NCBI GenBank assembly: GCA_937625935.1
Contig: OW569378.1
Span: forward strand, 310,001-374,000
DNA from: Tetramitus jugosus
Taxonomy: Eukaryota; Protista; Heterolobosea
Length of the DNA: 64,000 nt
Reading direction: 5' to 3'
Notes under the pieces: generated by a model
The model's database searches: none
What the model was told of the DNA's origin: nothing
Seen by the model: only the letters and a program-made list of their open reading frames with translations
In this document: one piece after another, positions 20,812-31,551 of the stretch
Layout: each line of letters opens with the position of its first letter
Numbering within the stretch: position 1 is the first letter of the stretch
Position numbers and translations under genes: made by a program

Positions 20812-23800
20812 ATGACATCAACACAATCGCCCACAGGTGGCGATAGTCACATCACACAATGTACTACACGACTCATCATCAACAAAGACTTGAGAAAACT
20901 AATGCTTCAACAATTGGAAAATGATCGATTAGAGAAACCATTGATTAGTGTTCGTGAACTCCGGTCTAGAATTGCAAATGATTTCCCATTGCCTCTTGCA
21001 TCACAACTCTATTCACCATCACATTCATCACATTCATCCTCACCGGCCATCAAACGAACATCAGCACTGCTCCCTCACAGGAATAATAATAATAAGAAAT
21101 TACCAAATGAAAAACAAACTCTGAAGAAACACAATCATGATCATGATGACTATAGGGACAAAGAAGAAGAAGATGAATTTAATTTTGAAGAAGATGACGA
21201 AGATGAGAATGACGAAGAGGATGACGATGGAGATGATGACGATGGCGATTATACGTTGAATAAGAAGAATAAGAAGAAGACGCAAAGACAAGTGAAAAAT
21301 AAGAAGAAGAATACTCGCAGCAATGGGAAAAATCGAATGAAAAGTCAAGAAAGAATCATCCAGAATGAACTTCTCATGCAGAAAAAGGCCAATTCTGTTC
21401 GATTTGCACGCTTCTTCAATCCTCTCACAGTTTCTCCTAGTAATTACAAATCGAGTTCTCTGTTGTTGAAGGATTATCAGCTCAAGGGACTCAACTGGTT
21501 GAGAAAGAATTGGTACGCGAGAAGGAATTGTGTGTTGGCTGATGAGATGGGACTCGGAAAAACCATTCAATCCATTGCGTTGATTCACTATATTTATAAG
21601 CGTTATGGTATTGATGGACCGTTCTTGATTGTTGTTCCATTGTCTACTCTGGCCAATTGGCAACGAGAATTGAACACGTGGACTACAATGAACGTCAAGG
21701 TCATGTACACTGGTAGCGTGAGCAATGATGATGAGGACGATGAAAATGTGGATTTGAATATTGTGTTGACCACGTATGAGACACTAAAGTCGCAAGTTCG
21801 ATACTTTAGGAAAAAGACATGGCAAGTCGTGATTTACGATGAGGCACACAAATTGAAATCTCCACACACAAAGATTCGAAGAACAGTTGAGAAATTGCCA
21901 GCGTTGCACTCTGTGTTGTTAACAGGAACGCCCTTCCAAGTCAATATTCTTGAACTGTTTCATTTGTTGGCATTGTGTGCTACGGATGTGTTTTCGAATC
22001 CTGATGTCTTCTTGGAAAAGTTTGGAGAGTTGAATAATGAAGAACAAGTGGTAGAGCTACGAAAGTTGATTGGTCCTTTTGTTCTACGTAGAACAAAGGA
22101 CGAAGTGTTGGCAGAGGAGATGCCTCCAAAGGAAGAAGTGATTGTTGAATTAGAGCTAACAAATCTACAGAAGACACTGTATCGTGCAATCATTGAACGA
22201 AAGTCAGAATTCTTGAGACGCGAGTATAAAACCAATGAGGGAATGTCACAAGTCATCTTCTCGATCAAAAAGTGCTGTAATCACCCATTTTTGATCCAAG
22301 GGGTCGAGAAATACTTGCACGACAAGGAACCAGAAGTTCCAATCGAACAATTGATGATCAAATGTTCCTCAAAATTGATTTTCATTGACAAGTTACTGAA
22401 ACAAGTAGTAGAAAAGCAAGAGAAGGTGCTTATTTTCTGTCAAATGTTAGATATGCTTAGTATCTTGGAAGATTATCTGGAATATAAGAAAATTAAGTAT
22501 GTCAGACTTGATGGAAGCACCAACAATGAAGAACGTACCGCACATATCGACGAATTTTCAAAGGAGTCGGAAGTTAGAGTTTTCTTGCTATCAACAAGGG
22601 CAGGAGGTCTCGGTATTAATCTTGTGTCTGCCAATCATGCAATCTTATTCGACTCTGACTTCAATCCCTTCAATGATACTCAAGCTTCTGCTAGATGTCA
22701 TAGAATTGGACAAACTAAAAAGGTCATGGTATATCGTCTCATCACGAAAAATACGTATGAAATGTACGTTCTCAAGAAAGCATCAAAACGTCTGGGTATA
22801 GGAGAAGTAATTCTGGGAGCTCAGAAAAAGAAGGAAGAAGTTGATTTTACCTCTGTCAACGAGATGAACAACATGCTGAAATATGGTGTCTATCACTTGT
22901 TCCTTAAGGGAAGTGAGGGAGAAGATTTGATGAACCAAAATTTGGACACCATCTTATCGAAATCAAAGGTTGTGAATACCGAGAGAGAAACTGGTATTGT
23001 TTCCATCTTCTCTGGTGGTGAAGATCAAACTGAAGCTCCAGCACCAGCACCAGCAACATCAACTGCTCGTCAAGCCACTGATCAAGTGACCTCTCTCTAT
23101 TTCCTACCTGACGAAGAAGCAGATCAGGAGCTTGATATCAATGGAGAAAAATTTTGGGAAAAAGTGTTTCCGGAATATACAGACGCACCAACTCTTGAGT
23201 ACAGATTAGATGATCAAGAACCATTTGCTGTGAACGAAATGGTACAATTTATTACACAATTTAAGCGGTTGGTCCAAGATGTATTGTATGATGGTAATCC
23301 TTTGCCCGGTACGTCGACTGGAGATGAAGAAATCTTCTCAGGTGTCAATCTGTTAGAGGAGAAGAAGAGCAGTCATAAGGATGCGCAAAACAGCCACCAA
23401 AGGAAATCGCAACTCCACACTTTGATGCTTAAAATGGTCAGTCCTCAATCGAATCCTCACTACCATGAGTTCACCCACACTGATATGCAATTTGTTCAAA
23501 GCATGATAGATAGCCACTACTCTGGCAGAATGCTTCGAAAAGGCAAAGTGACCCGGAACGCGACACCCTTGCCTGCGAACTTGACAACCGAGTTTGGCTC
23601 ACCATTATTCTCACAACAGAACACGAGTGTCTTCGATGATTCCGATGAGGAGTTTTTGCCTGATGAAGTTGACGAAGAATTTATGAGTAAGAAACAAATA
23701 GAAGGTTATGGATTGAAGCAAAACAAGAAGGCATCATCAAAACTTCAGAAATCAAATCTCAAGTCTATCCTTACGAAAGCTAGCACCTCTAACCAGTTGA

Positions 23801-25077
23801 CTACTAATACAACTGGGTCATCCTCTACTTCAGGCTCAAACAAGCGCAAGGCAGCAACACAACAACCTGCACAAGCTGAACAACCTGTGTTGCTGATCAA
23901 AAAAAGGAGAACATGCCCTCCACTTCCAAAAGTATATCCAACTCTGTTTCCTCATGAATCAGGAGCTGTTAACCTCAACGATTTTGAAACAACGAGTCTC
24001 ACGAATCAAGATGCTCTCACCGATGGTCCAACAAGGTATAAGACACCGTATTCAGACAGCTTCTCCTCTGTTATCGCTCCCGATTTGTGTGATCCAGGCA
24101 CTGTAATCTGCCAAAATACGACTGGTATCAAGGGCACGAAACGAAGGGCATCTCGATATGCTCCACTGGTTGGAGTATCGGCTGCCAACACGACGGCGGC
24201 TTCTTCGTCGACCGCTACTACTCTGTCACATCCACCCCAGAACATTCAGCAACCTGTTCCAACTGCTGCTTCTTCAACAACACAGCAAGACGGTCCAGCA
24301 AGACACGGATCCATGCAATCCTCAATTTTTGATTTTGTGCGACGCGAGTCTCTAACTACTGCACATCAGCCACAACAACATCAGCATCAGGTACAGGCAG
24401 TTCACTTATCCAATGCGATGTTGCAACCAACAAATCTTCTAGTTCCTACAACGGCACATGTCCAACCTACTCAATCGATCCAAACGACAACTCAACCAAT
24501 CCACTCTACCCAACCTCAAGGCCACACCCCTATTCATTCAACGCAACAACCTAATGGAAACAATGGAGACCATCAATATATTCAAATACTTGTTGACGCA
24601 TTTAGAAGGGAATCAGACAAAAACAAGAGAGTAGCAATGATCAAAAGGTATCCTGAGTTGGCTTCGTTCTTACAAAACTTCCAAACCAGGCAACAACAAC
24701 AGAGACAATGGCAATTCCATCAACAGAACCCACAACCAAACTTACAACAGGTGCAACAACAGCAACAAACGAATCAGCAACAACCAATCCAACAGCCATC
24801 TAATCAATCAAACATCCAACAACCACAAGCAACACGCTCAGCTTATTTCCACTTCCAGGTAGCTTCCACTCATCCACAGCAACAACAACCAACAGCTCAA
24901 GCAAATAACCAACATGTCCATCTGTCGCCGCATCAACAATACATCCTTCTACAACAGTCTGCACTACAAGCAGCACAACAAGCACCACCTTTGCAAAATA
25001 ATCCACAGCAACAACAATTTAATCAAAAGGAAAATGCGCCATCCTCTAGGGGTACTGAAGTCATTGAAATTGACTAA
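20812..25077 (+). CDS. SNF2-family chromatin remodeller, CHD6-9-like ATPase core, Q-rich tail
   Basis: NCVLADEMGLGKTIQSI, DEAH, LLTGTP, KKCCNHPFLI, STRAGGLGINL, QASARCHRIGQ. Start codon uncertain. Confidence 0.9.
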   Translation: MTSTQSPTGGDSHITQCTTRLIINKDLRKLMLQQLENDRLEKPLISVRELRSRIANDFPLPLASQLYSPSHSSHSSSPAIKRTSALLPHRNNNNKKLPNEKQTLKKHNHDHDDYRDKEEEDEFNFEEDDEDENDEEDDDGDDDDGDYTLNKKNKKKTQRQVKNKKKNTRSNGKNRMKSQERIIQNELLMQKKANSVRFARFFNPLTVSPSNYKSSSLLLKDYQLKGLNWLRKNWYARRNCVLADEMGLGKTIQSIALIHYIYKRYGIDGPFLIVVPLSTLANWQRELNTWTTMNVKVMYTGSVSNDDEDDENVDLNIVLTTYETLKSQVRYFRKKTWQVVIYDEAHKLKSPHTKIRRTVEKLPALHSVLLTGTPFQVNILELFHLLALCATDVFSNPDVFLEKFGELNNEEQVVELRKLIGPFVLRRTKDEVLAEEMPPKEEVIVELELTNLQKTLYRAIIERKSEFLRREYKTNEGMSQVIFSIKKCCNHPFLIQGVEKYLHDKEPEVPIEQLMIKCSSKLIFIDKLLKQVVEKQEKVLIFCQMLDMLSILEDYLEYKKIKYVRLDGSTNNEERTAHIDEFSKESEVRVFLLSTRAGGLGINLVSANHAILFDSDFNPFNDTQASARCHRIGQTKKVMVYRLITKNTYEMYVLKKASKRLGIGEVILGAQKKKEEVDFTSVNEMNNMLKYGVYHLFLKGSEGEDLMNQNLDTILSKSKVVNTERETGIVSIFSGGEDQTEAPAPAPATSTARQATDQVTSLYFLPDEEADQELDINGEKFWEKVFPEYTDAPTLEYRLDDQEPFAVNEMVQFITQFKRLVQDVLYDGNPLPGTSTGDEEIFSGVNLLEEKKSSHKDAQNSHQRKSQLHTLMLKMVSPQSNPHYHEFTHTDMQFVQSMIDSHYSGRMLRKGKVTRNATPLPANLTTEFGSPLFSQQNTSVFDDSDEEFLPDEVDEEFMSKKQIEGYGLKQNKKASSKLQKSNLKSILTKASTSNQLTTNTTGSSSTSGSNKRKAATQQPAQAEQPVLLIKKRRTCPPLPKVYPTLFPHESGAVNLNDFETTSLTNQDALTDGPTRYKTPYSDSFSSVIAPDLCDPGTVICQNTTGIKGTKRRASRYAPLVGVSAANTTAASSSTATTLSHPPQNIQQPVPTAASSTTQQDGPARHGSMQSSIFDFVRRESLTTAHQPQQHQHQVQAVHLSNAMLQPTNLLVPTTAHVQPTQSIQTTTQPIHSTQPQGHTPIHSTQQPNGNNGDHQYIQILVDAFRRESDKNKRVAMIKRYPELASFLQNFQTRQQQQRQWQFHQQNPQPNLQQVQQQQQTNQQQPIQQPSNQSNIQQPQATRSAYFHFQVASTHPQQQQPTAQANNQHVHLSPHQQYILLQQSALQAAQQAPPLQNNPQQQQFNQKENAPSSRGTEVIEID

Positions 25078-25108
25078 TTGAACAAGAAAGAGTTTAGTCT
25101 TTTTATTT

Positions 25109-26464
25109 CTACTTAAATTCTAATTTTTGTAAAACCTTTTCGAACAATGATCGAGAGGGACATCCCTCCATTGATGTATAACTCACCATCCACTTTTTGT
25201 TATCGCCATCTTCTTGCTTGTTCTTTGTCCCGGCTGGATGCTTGATCAGATACGTCAACTGCTCCAACGACTTTCCATTGTATTGATACTTGACATGAAA
25301 CATGACAGCGGGATTTCCGCTCACCATTTCCTTACAAACTTTTTGCTCTATTCGAAAATTCTTCATTGGCTTCAATTGATCCAACAACTGTTCAATATCA
25401 TGCTCCATTGTACTTCCATCCCTATTCAACAACTGAATCACAATATTATCTGTGAATCGGTTCTGTGAAACGACTTGAATCGGAGAGAAGAACAGCATCG
25501 TGCCTTGACTCATCGAACTCACCTGTTTGGTCCACATTTGAGGAAACTGGATGACAATATATTGTGTGTCCACACGATTCCATGGCTCAATCTTATCAAT
25601 TGTTCGAAACTCTGCCTTGGAAAACATGTACTGAAAAACGGACTCTGTCTTACAATCTGACGTGTTGGAAGTGTAAGTGAATAGATACTTGAGTCCACAA
25701 CCACATTCAATCACGTTTGTGATTTGTGTGAAATGAGAGTTGTGCATTTTGTAGCGTGCCTTGAATTGGACCATTGGTAAGGATCCTATAGGTGTCTTCA
25801 ACGTAGATGACAAAGAAGAAACTGAACTTTTCGAGTTTGTTTCCATTGCATTCGATGCGCTAGTTGTCACGGATGTTGTTGATGCAGTCTGAGAGCTATC
25901 GTTCTTGTTGTTGTCAACATTGGGCTCCAAGAACAAGAGTTCATAACTCTCCAATTGACTTAAGCTATCAATGACTTCACGCGCCAAATCGAAAATGGTT
26001 TGTTCGCCGCTAATGACCACTTGAACATTAATGTTGTCCTTGGTCTCATTACGGGTGCTTAGCTGTAGATGGGAAAAGAAGTAAAGGATGGAGTTTTGAC
26101 GAGAAGCTTGCCATTCCTTTGGATAGGGAACTCGAAGCATTCCATCATCATACACCAAGTAGTCACCATCACCGGTTGTTTGTTCTTTTGTTTCTGTTGT
26201 ATTGTTTTCGTCTGTTTTGGTTGTTGTTGATGGAGGATTCGTCAGTTCAATCAGTGTTGTAGTTGTGTTCGGATCGACCATTTGCGTAGGAGAAAAGAAC
26301 ACGGTTGACTTGTGGGGGTTCATTGGTTGTTGTCGCAAATTTTCTGGTTGTTTTCGATCAACCTGTTGCGAAGAAGAATCGCTATTAACAGCACTTACTT
26401 TGCTTTTGCTGTGTTGTTGAGCTTGGTGGTGGTGTTTGATCGGAGGAAGGGAACCGAGATTCAT
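25109..26464 (-). CDS. Protein with two PsbP/Mog1/DcrB-like domains
   Basis: Two repeats starting LRVPYPKEW / IVIQFPQMW, each followed by DNI.(V/I)Q; second has SGNPAVMF, WMVSYTS, FEKVLQKLEFK end. Confidence 0.5.
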   Translation of the reverse strand: MNLGSLPPIKHHHQAQQHSKSKVSAVNSDSSSQQVDRKQPENLRQQPMNPHKSTVFFSPTQMVDPNTTTTLIELTNPPSTTTKTDENNTTETKEQTTGDGDYLVYDDGMLRVPYPKEWQASRQNSILYFFSHLQLSTRNETKDNINVQVVISGEQTIFDLAREVIDSLSQLESYELLFLEPNVDNNKNDSSQTASTTSVTTSASNAMETNSKSSVSSLSSTLKTPIGSLPMVQFKARYKMHNSHFTQITNVIECGCGLKYLFTYTSNTSDCKTESVFQYMFSKAEFRTIDKIEPWNRVDTQYIVIQFPQMWTKQVSSMSQGTMLFFSPIQVVSQNRFTDNIVIQLLNRDGSTMEHDIEQLLDQLKPMKNFRIEQKVCKEMVSGNPAVMFHVKYQYNGKSLEQLTYLIKHPAGTKNKQEDGDNKKWMVSYTSMEGCPSRSLFEKVLQKLEFK

Positions 26465-26670
26465 TTCAAATGAATGTTTTGTCAATAATAAGATTTCGTA
26501 TTGATTGTTACTTGCTTCGATCTGTGGCTGGGAGATGGAATGTTGTTTGGTGATCAAGTTTTTGGTGGTCAATCCAGATTCAACTTGTCATTCATCTGAA
26601 GGGAACACTTCAAACAATTTCTTTTCTCCCAAAATACAACTGCGGAGAAAAGTCAATACAATTCAGTGTT

Positions 26671-27715
26671 TTATTGGTCGACTTTGCCTTCTTCCTTGAC
26701 TGGTTGATCAACCTTTGTGTTACTTGCTTCTTCGTGCAACCACAACTCGTCATTGTCATCAGTTTGTCTCTTTCTTCTTGGTCTCTTACCAGACTTGGTT
26801 CCAAACAAGTGAAAGACCTCTGAGGCATCAGTCGTTAACAATCCATCCTTTGTCACACGGATAATAATTTGCTCTGCGTTGGCCATTTGGTCACCTTCGG
26901 CCTTCACGTGCAATCCGATTGCAGCAATCACTTCATCCTCATCTGGAACTTCAATCTCCTCTCCTTCTTCATTCTCGATCCTTCTCTTTAGATTCTCTGG
27001 TCTCTCCTTTTCAAACTTTGCCAATGTGTACCAATCACCAGTCTCATCCTCAATAATACCAATACGCTTCTCCTGGAATCCATTTGCTCTCAAATCATCC
27101 ACACTAAACAAGAACAACTTGATATAATTACCGACGCCAAGCATGACATAGAGCTTATTGCGTGTGTTGTAACCGACTTCAGCCCACTTGGCAGGAGAAG
27201 CAGAGCTTGACACTTCCTCGGATGTCTCAGCAGCAATTGAGACATTGGATTGTCTTCTGCCCTCGGATCCCTTCTTATCACCAGTGGCGGCAGAACCATT
27301 GCTCACCGTCGAAGATCTTCTCTTTCTTGCCTTTGGTTGCTTCTTTCTCTCGACGTGCAACCATGGGTTCTTTCTGTCGCAATACACCTTGATTTCTCTC
27401 TCCAATATCAATTGATCATCCTAAAAAAAAGAATTAGTTTTCGCGCGCATTACAAAAAAAATTGTAAACTGAATGAAAACATACCAAGCAAATCAAAACT
27501 TCATTGTCCATAATGACGTCTTGAACGATATCAGATGGATTGAGTGAATAACGATCACTTGTGCTCAACCCCAAAATAGAAATCAACTTGTTGTTAAAGT
27601 GCTGTTGAAGGTATTCACTGACAAAATCAGTCAATTCCTTCACAGTCTTCTCTCTCATGGGTTGAGTGACTGGCAGGATCAATCTGTACTGGTGGAACAA
27701 TAATCTAATGCGCAT
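26671..27715 (-). CDS. Hypothetical protein with ubiquitin-like/coilin-N-like N-terminus; intron 27421-27484
   Basis: A 64-nt GTATGT...CTAAT...TAG intron joins the two ORFs in frame; N-terminus MRIRLLF...TVKELTDFV...Y.L.P.D.VQDVI.DNEVL; basic NLS-like stretches. Confidence 0.55.
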
Positions 27716-28676
27716 CTTTTGTTGTTGTGTTTATTACAGTGTGTGGGTGTTTGTTTGTAGTGGTATGGATTTTAGTTGCAAAGCTTTTTTAGCTAAGTCG
27801 TTGTAGTTACAATGGTGAGTTTTTCGTGTGTGTTGTGCAGGATTTGCGGATGATATCGATCCAGTCACTTAAAGCAATAGATACAGGTGATGGTGTTCTT
27901 TCTCTCGAAGAAGAATGTTGGTGAATCAATCTCAGCAAGCTACAATGTTACACGGTTGTTTTGTTTGATGTGGTTTCAGAAGAGCACACAAGACATCAGC
28001 TTTTTATAATCGAAAACAGTGCGTTCCGCGATCTTTCTGTGTGTTATTTTTAGCTCGCCAGGTTGTAAAGTGATCTGATTACGGGATAATCATTGGGACT
28101 AAAATTCCTAGGAATGATTATCCCTCGCTGGTGCTGTGATTCCTTTGGTCTGAGTCTTGGACCATTTTCATATGACTTTGCTCCCTTTCTAACAAATGGG
28201 CAACCGGAACTTACGGCACATAACATGTCGTGTTATCATCTGATGTAGGGATATTACTTGATAAAAATAACTCAAGTTAGTTGACATTTGAGGCTGGAAA
28301 CCCATTTAATAGTTTTAATGTTGTATCCATTCGATCATTCTCTGTTCTTTCATACAGTTAACTGGCCCTAACAGACGCACCCAAAGACCACCTCTCAACC
28401 ACGTGAGAGTGTACTCGAAACCTGAACTCTCAAGAGTTGTGCGCTCACTCACTCCGCTCGTCAATCAAATCATAAACACAAAAAACCACGGAAGAAAGCC
28501 CTGAAAAAAAAACCAAAGCAACAACAATTTTTTTTTGCGCCCCAACTACAGAATATCAACCATCGTAGCTGGAACAACAACAACAACTCATTTGGCACAA
28601 ACAACAAATCCTACACACATAATAATATTGTACTATTGTTTTATAAAACATCAAAAAAAAATCATCATAAAACATC

Positions 28677-30587
28677 ATGGGAGAAAAGATTGGACCATTT
28701 ATTCTGGGTGAAACACTGGGTGAAGGATCCACAGGTATGGTTTTCAACAACACTGAACTTGATTTTTTTTTGACGACTCGTTTTTTTTAAAGCTTTTTTT
28801 CGTGATTTTTGGTCGCCAAAAAAACAACAAGCAACAGTAAGCTCACTGACAACATTTACATACATGCAGGCAAAGTAAAGCTCGCAGTTCACAAGGACAC
28901 CAATCAAAAAGTGGCCATCAAAATCATTAACAAGAGTATTTTGACCAATAAGCCTTCACTGAGGCGAAAAGTCGAAAGAGAGATTGCAGTCATGAAGCTC
29001 ATTAATCACAAGCACATTATTCGACTCTTTGACGTGCTTCAAACGAAAAAATACCTCTTTCTCATTATTGAACATGTCGAAGGCGGAGAATTGTTTGATT
29101 ATATTGTAAATAAGGGTCGATTGTCAACAGAGGAGGCATTTCAGATCTTTAGACAGATTATTATCGGTGTAGAGTACTGTCACAACAATCTCATTTGTCA
29201 TCGTGACTTGAAACCGGAGAATTTATTGTTGGACAGGAACAATAATATAAAGATTGCTGATTTTGGTATGGCATCGCTCATGGAAGAGGGAAAATTGTTG
29301 GAGACTAGTTGTGGATCACCGCACTATGCCAGTCCTGAAGTCGTCAAGGGATTGAGGTACAATGGAATGGAGGCGGATGTGTGGTCGTGCGGTGTCGTCT
29401 TGTTTGCACTGCTCACGGGACGATTGCCGTTTGACGATGACAATTTGCAAAATTTGTTGAAAAAGGTCAAGGCCGGTGTCTATCAAATGCCCAGTTTCCT
29501 CTCTGATGACGTCAAGGATCTGATTATGCGCATGTTGACCATGGACCCTGACAAGAGAATAAAGATTAAGGAGATCAAGAGACATCCATGGTGGAGAAAC
29601 ATGGAGAAGATTATGATTCAGAAGAATATTCCATTGGACAATCCGGATCAAGACGAGATTGCTCAAAAGACATCCCCGAGACCACCACCAACAACAAGTG
29701 TTGTCACGACGGAGCAAGCTTCTCCAGTGGTCAATGAGCCTGAACAACCAACAACATTGTTGGACAACATTCAAGAAGCACAGCAGTCGGTTGAGTCGCG
29801 TGCATCAGATGAGCTTGCAGTCGATGCCAATCAGCCATTGAGACCATTTGCATCACCATTGAGTCCAAGTGACGAACAGGAGACAGTGACGGACGCTCAA
29901 TATGCAATCAGCCGAGACCAAATCGATCCCGATGTGCTCAAGATGATTCACGACATGTGGTCAACAGATGAAGACAAGATGATTGCCGCATTGGAGGTAC
30001 CAGAGAAGAATCTCGAAACTGTATTGTACAATCTTGTGCTCCAAAAGAAGAAGGAGTCAGATTCGGTGGTTGTGGAGAGTTTTGCGCCAAAGTTGGCCGT
30101 AGGACCCACAAATCCATTGACCGACGAGTTTGACAGGGGAGAAGAGTTGCGCAAGAAGCTTCAGGAGGCTACCGTGAAACAATGGGAGGCCAAGAAGCAG
30201 GAGGAGCAGGAGAAGCTAGCAGAGTCATCAAGAAATCGCACTCAATCATCTGTGTCCAACTGGTTCTCCTTCTGGAGAAGAAAGAAGATTGTTCAGAAGG
30301 AAGACGAGAGTGCATCTCATTTCGGTCTTCACAGCAACAAGACTCAAAAGGAGATTTTGGACGAATTGGGTCGAACTTTCCAAGCCTTGCAAATACATTG
30401 GAATTTGGTTTCTGATTCTGTGGTTCAGGCAAAGTGTGGCTGTGGCGACATTTTGATTGTGTTTGACATTACAATCAACTCATTGCCATCCAAAGAGGGT
30501 TACCTACTCAATTTTGCTAGACAAAGTGGTGAAGTGTTCCAGGCAAGAATTCTGTTTGACTTTTTAGCGGACGAGTTGAATATCTAG
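28677..30587 (+). CDS. BRSK/SAD/Nim1-like CAMKL Ser/Thr kinase with C-terminal KA1-like domain; intron 28735-28869
   Basis: Spliced N-terminus [25 protein letters not shown]; [36 protein letters not shown]. Confidence 0.9.
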
Positions 30588-30811
30588 ATTTGGTTTTCAG
30601 AACTAGTTTTAACAGGGTTAATGTTATTCTAACCTGTAGGGTAACAGTAATGTTATTATAGTGATCACAGTGTATACGAATGATACATTGTTGTACAGAG
30701 TTTTAGTAAATTAATTTTGAAGTTGTTTGTACAATCTTGAAACACAATAAACAATTGACTTTTGTTCTCCTCGGCTCCATGTTCATTTGAATCGCGGAAT
30801 CCGCACTGGAC

Positions 30812-31432
30812 TTACAACCAATAGTCCAACATATGTCCCTGGTTCATCGTCTCCTTCTTTCGATCAAATTTCAAGATGTCCATCAGTAACTTTAGCCGAA
30901 ACACCATGAGAGCAAACATCAGAAGCGACACGAAAACAATCACACAGACTCCCACAACAAGAGATATGATTCCTTGAGTCTTTTGCTTTGTTGACATCAA
31001 ATGAACGGATTGAACAATGTTCCATGCGACCAAACAATGACTCAACGCCAAGAACGAAAGCAAATTCAAAATAGAGGCCCACTTTTTTCTACTACGCCCT
31101 CGAAAATGCTTACTCAGCCAGGCAGCTATCCCCGATATCGTCGTAATCAGCGACAAAACCACAATCAAACTATACACTGTAAATAGAGCGGGATAATTAC
31201 TTGGCGCTCTTTTATGGGCAACATCGGCACTCAATTTCATCAAAAAGACACTCACTACAATAAAAACAATTGTCAACAGAGAACACCATACTCCCAGAAT
31301 CAAATCCCATGTTTTGAGTCGTTGATGCATCTGTGTGGTGATCTCTGTTGATAACGTGTAGTTCTTTGGTTCACTCATCTCATCATCCACCAGTGGTTCG
31401 GTGAGCAATGAGCTCGTATTGTCGTTGTGCAT
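30812..31432 (-). CDS. Hypothetical four-TM membrane protein
   Basis: 206-aa ORF with four hydrophobic segments and an N-terminal dileucine-like EPLV. Confidence 0.6.
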   Translation of the reverse strand: MHNDNTSSLLTEPLVDDEMSEPKNYTLSTEITTQMHQRLKTWDLILGVWCSLLTIVFIVVSVFLMKLSADVAHKRAPSNYPALFTVYSLIVVLSLITTISGIAAWLSKHFRGRSRKKWASILNLLSFLALSHCLVAWNIVQSVHLMSTKQKTQGIISLVVGVCVIVFVSLLMFALMVFRLKLLMDILKFDRKKETMNQGHMLDYWL

Positions 31433-31551
31433 CTCTCAAGCTTTTTCTTTGTGGGTGAGCTTCGCGGAGTTTCAAGAAAATCCTTCGAACAATCAATTTC
31501 TAATAGCAATAACTCCGGCGATGGTTTTTACAATAGATGTTTGTTACAAAA

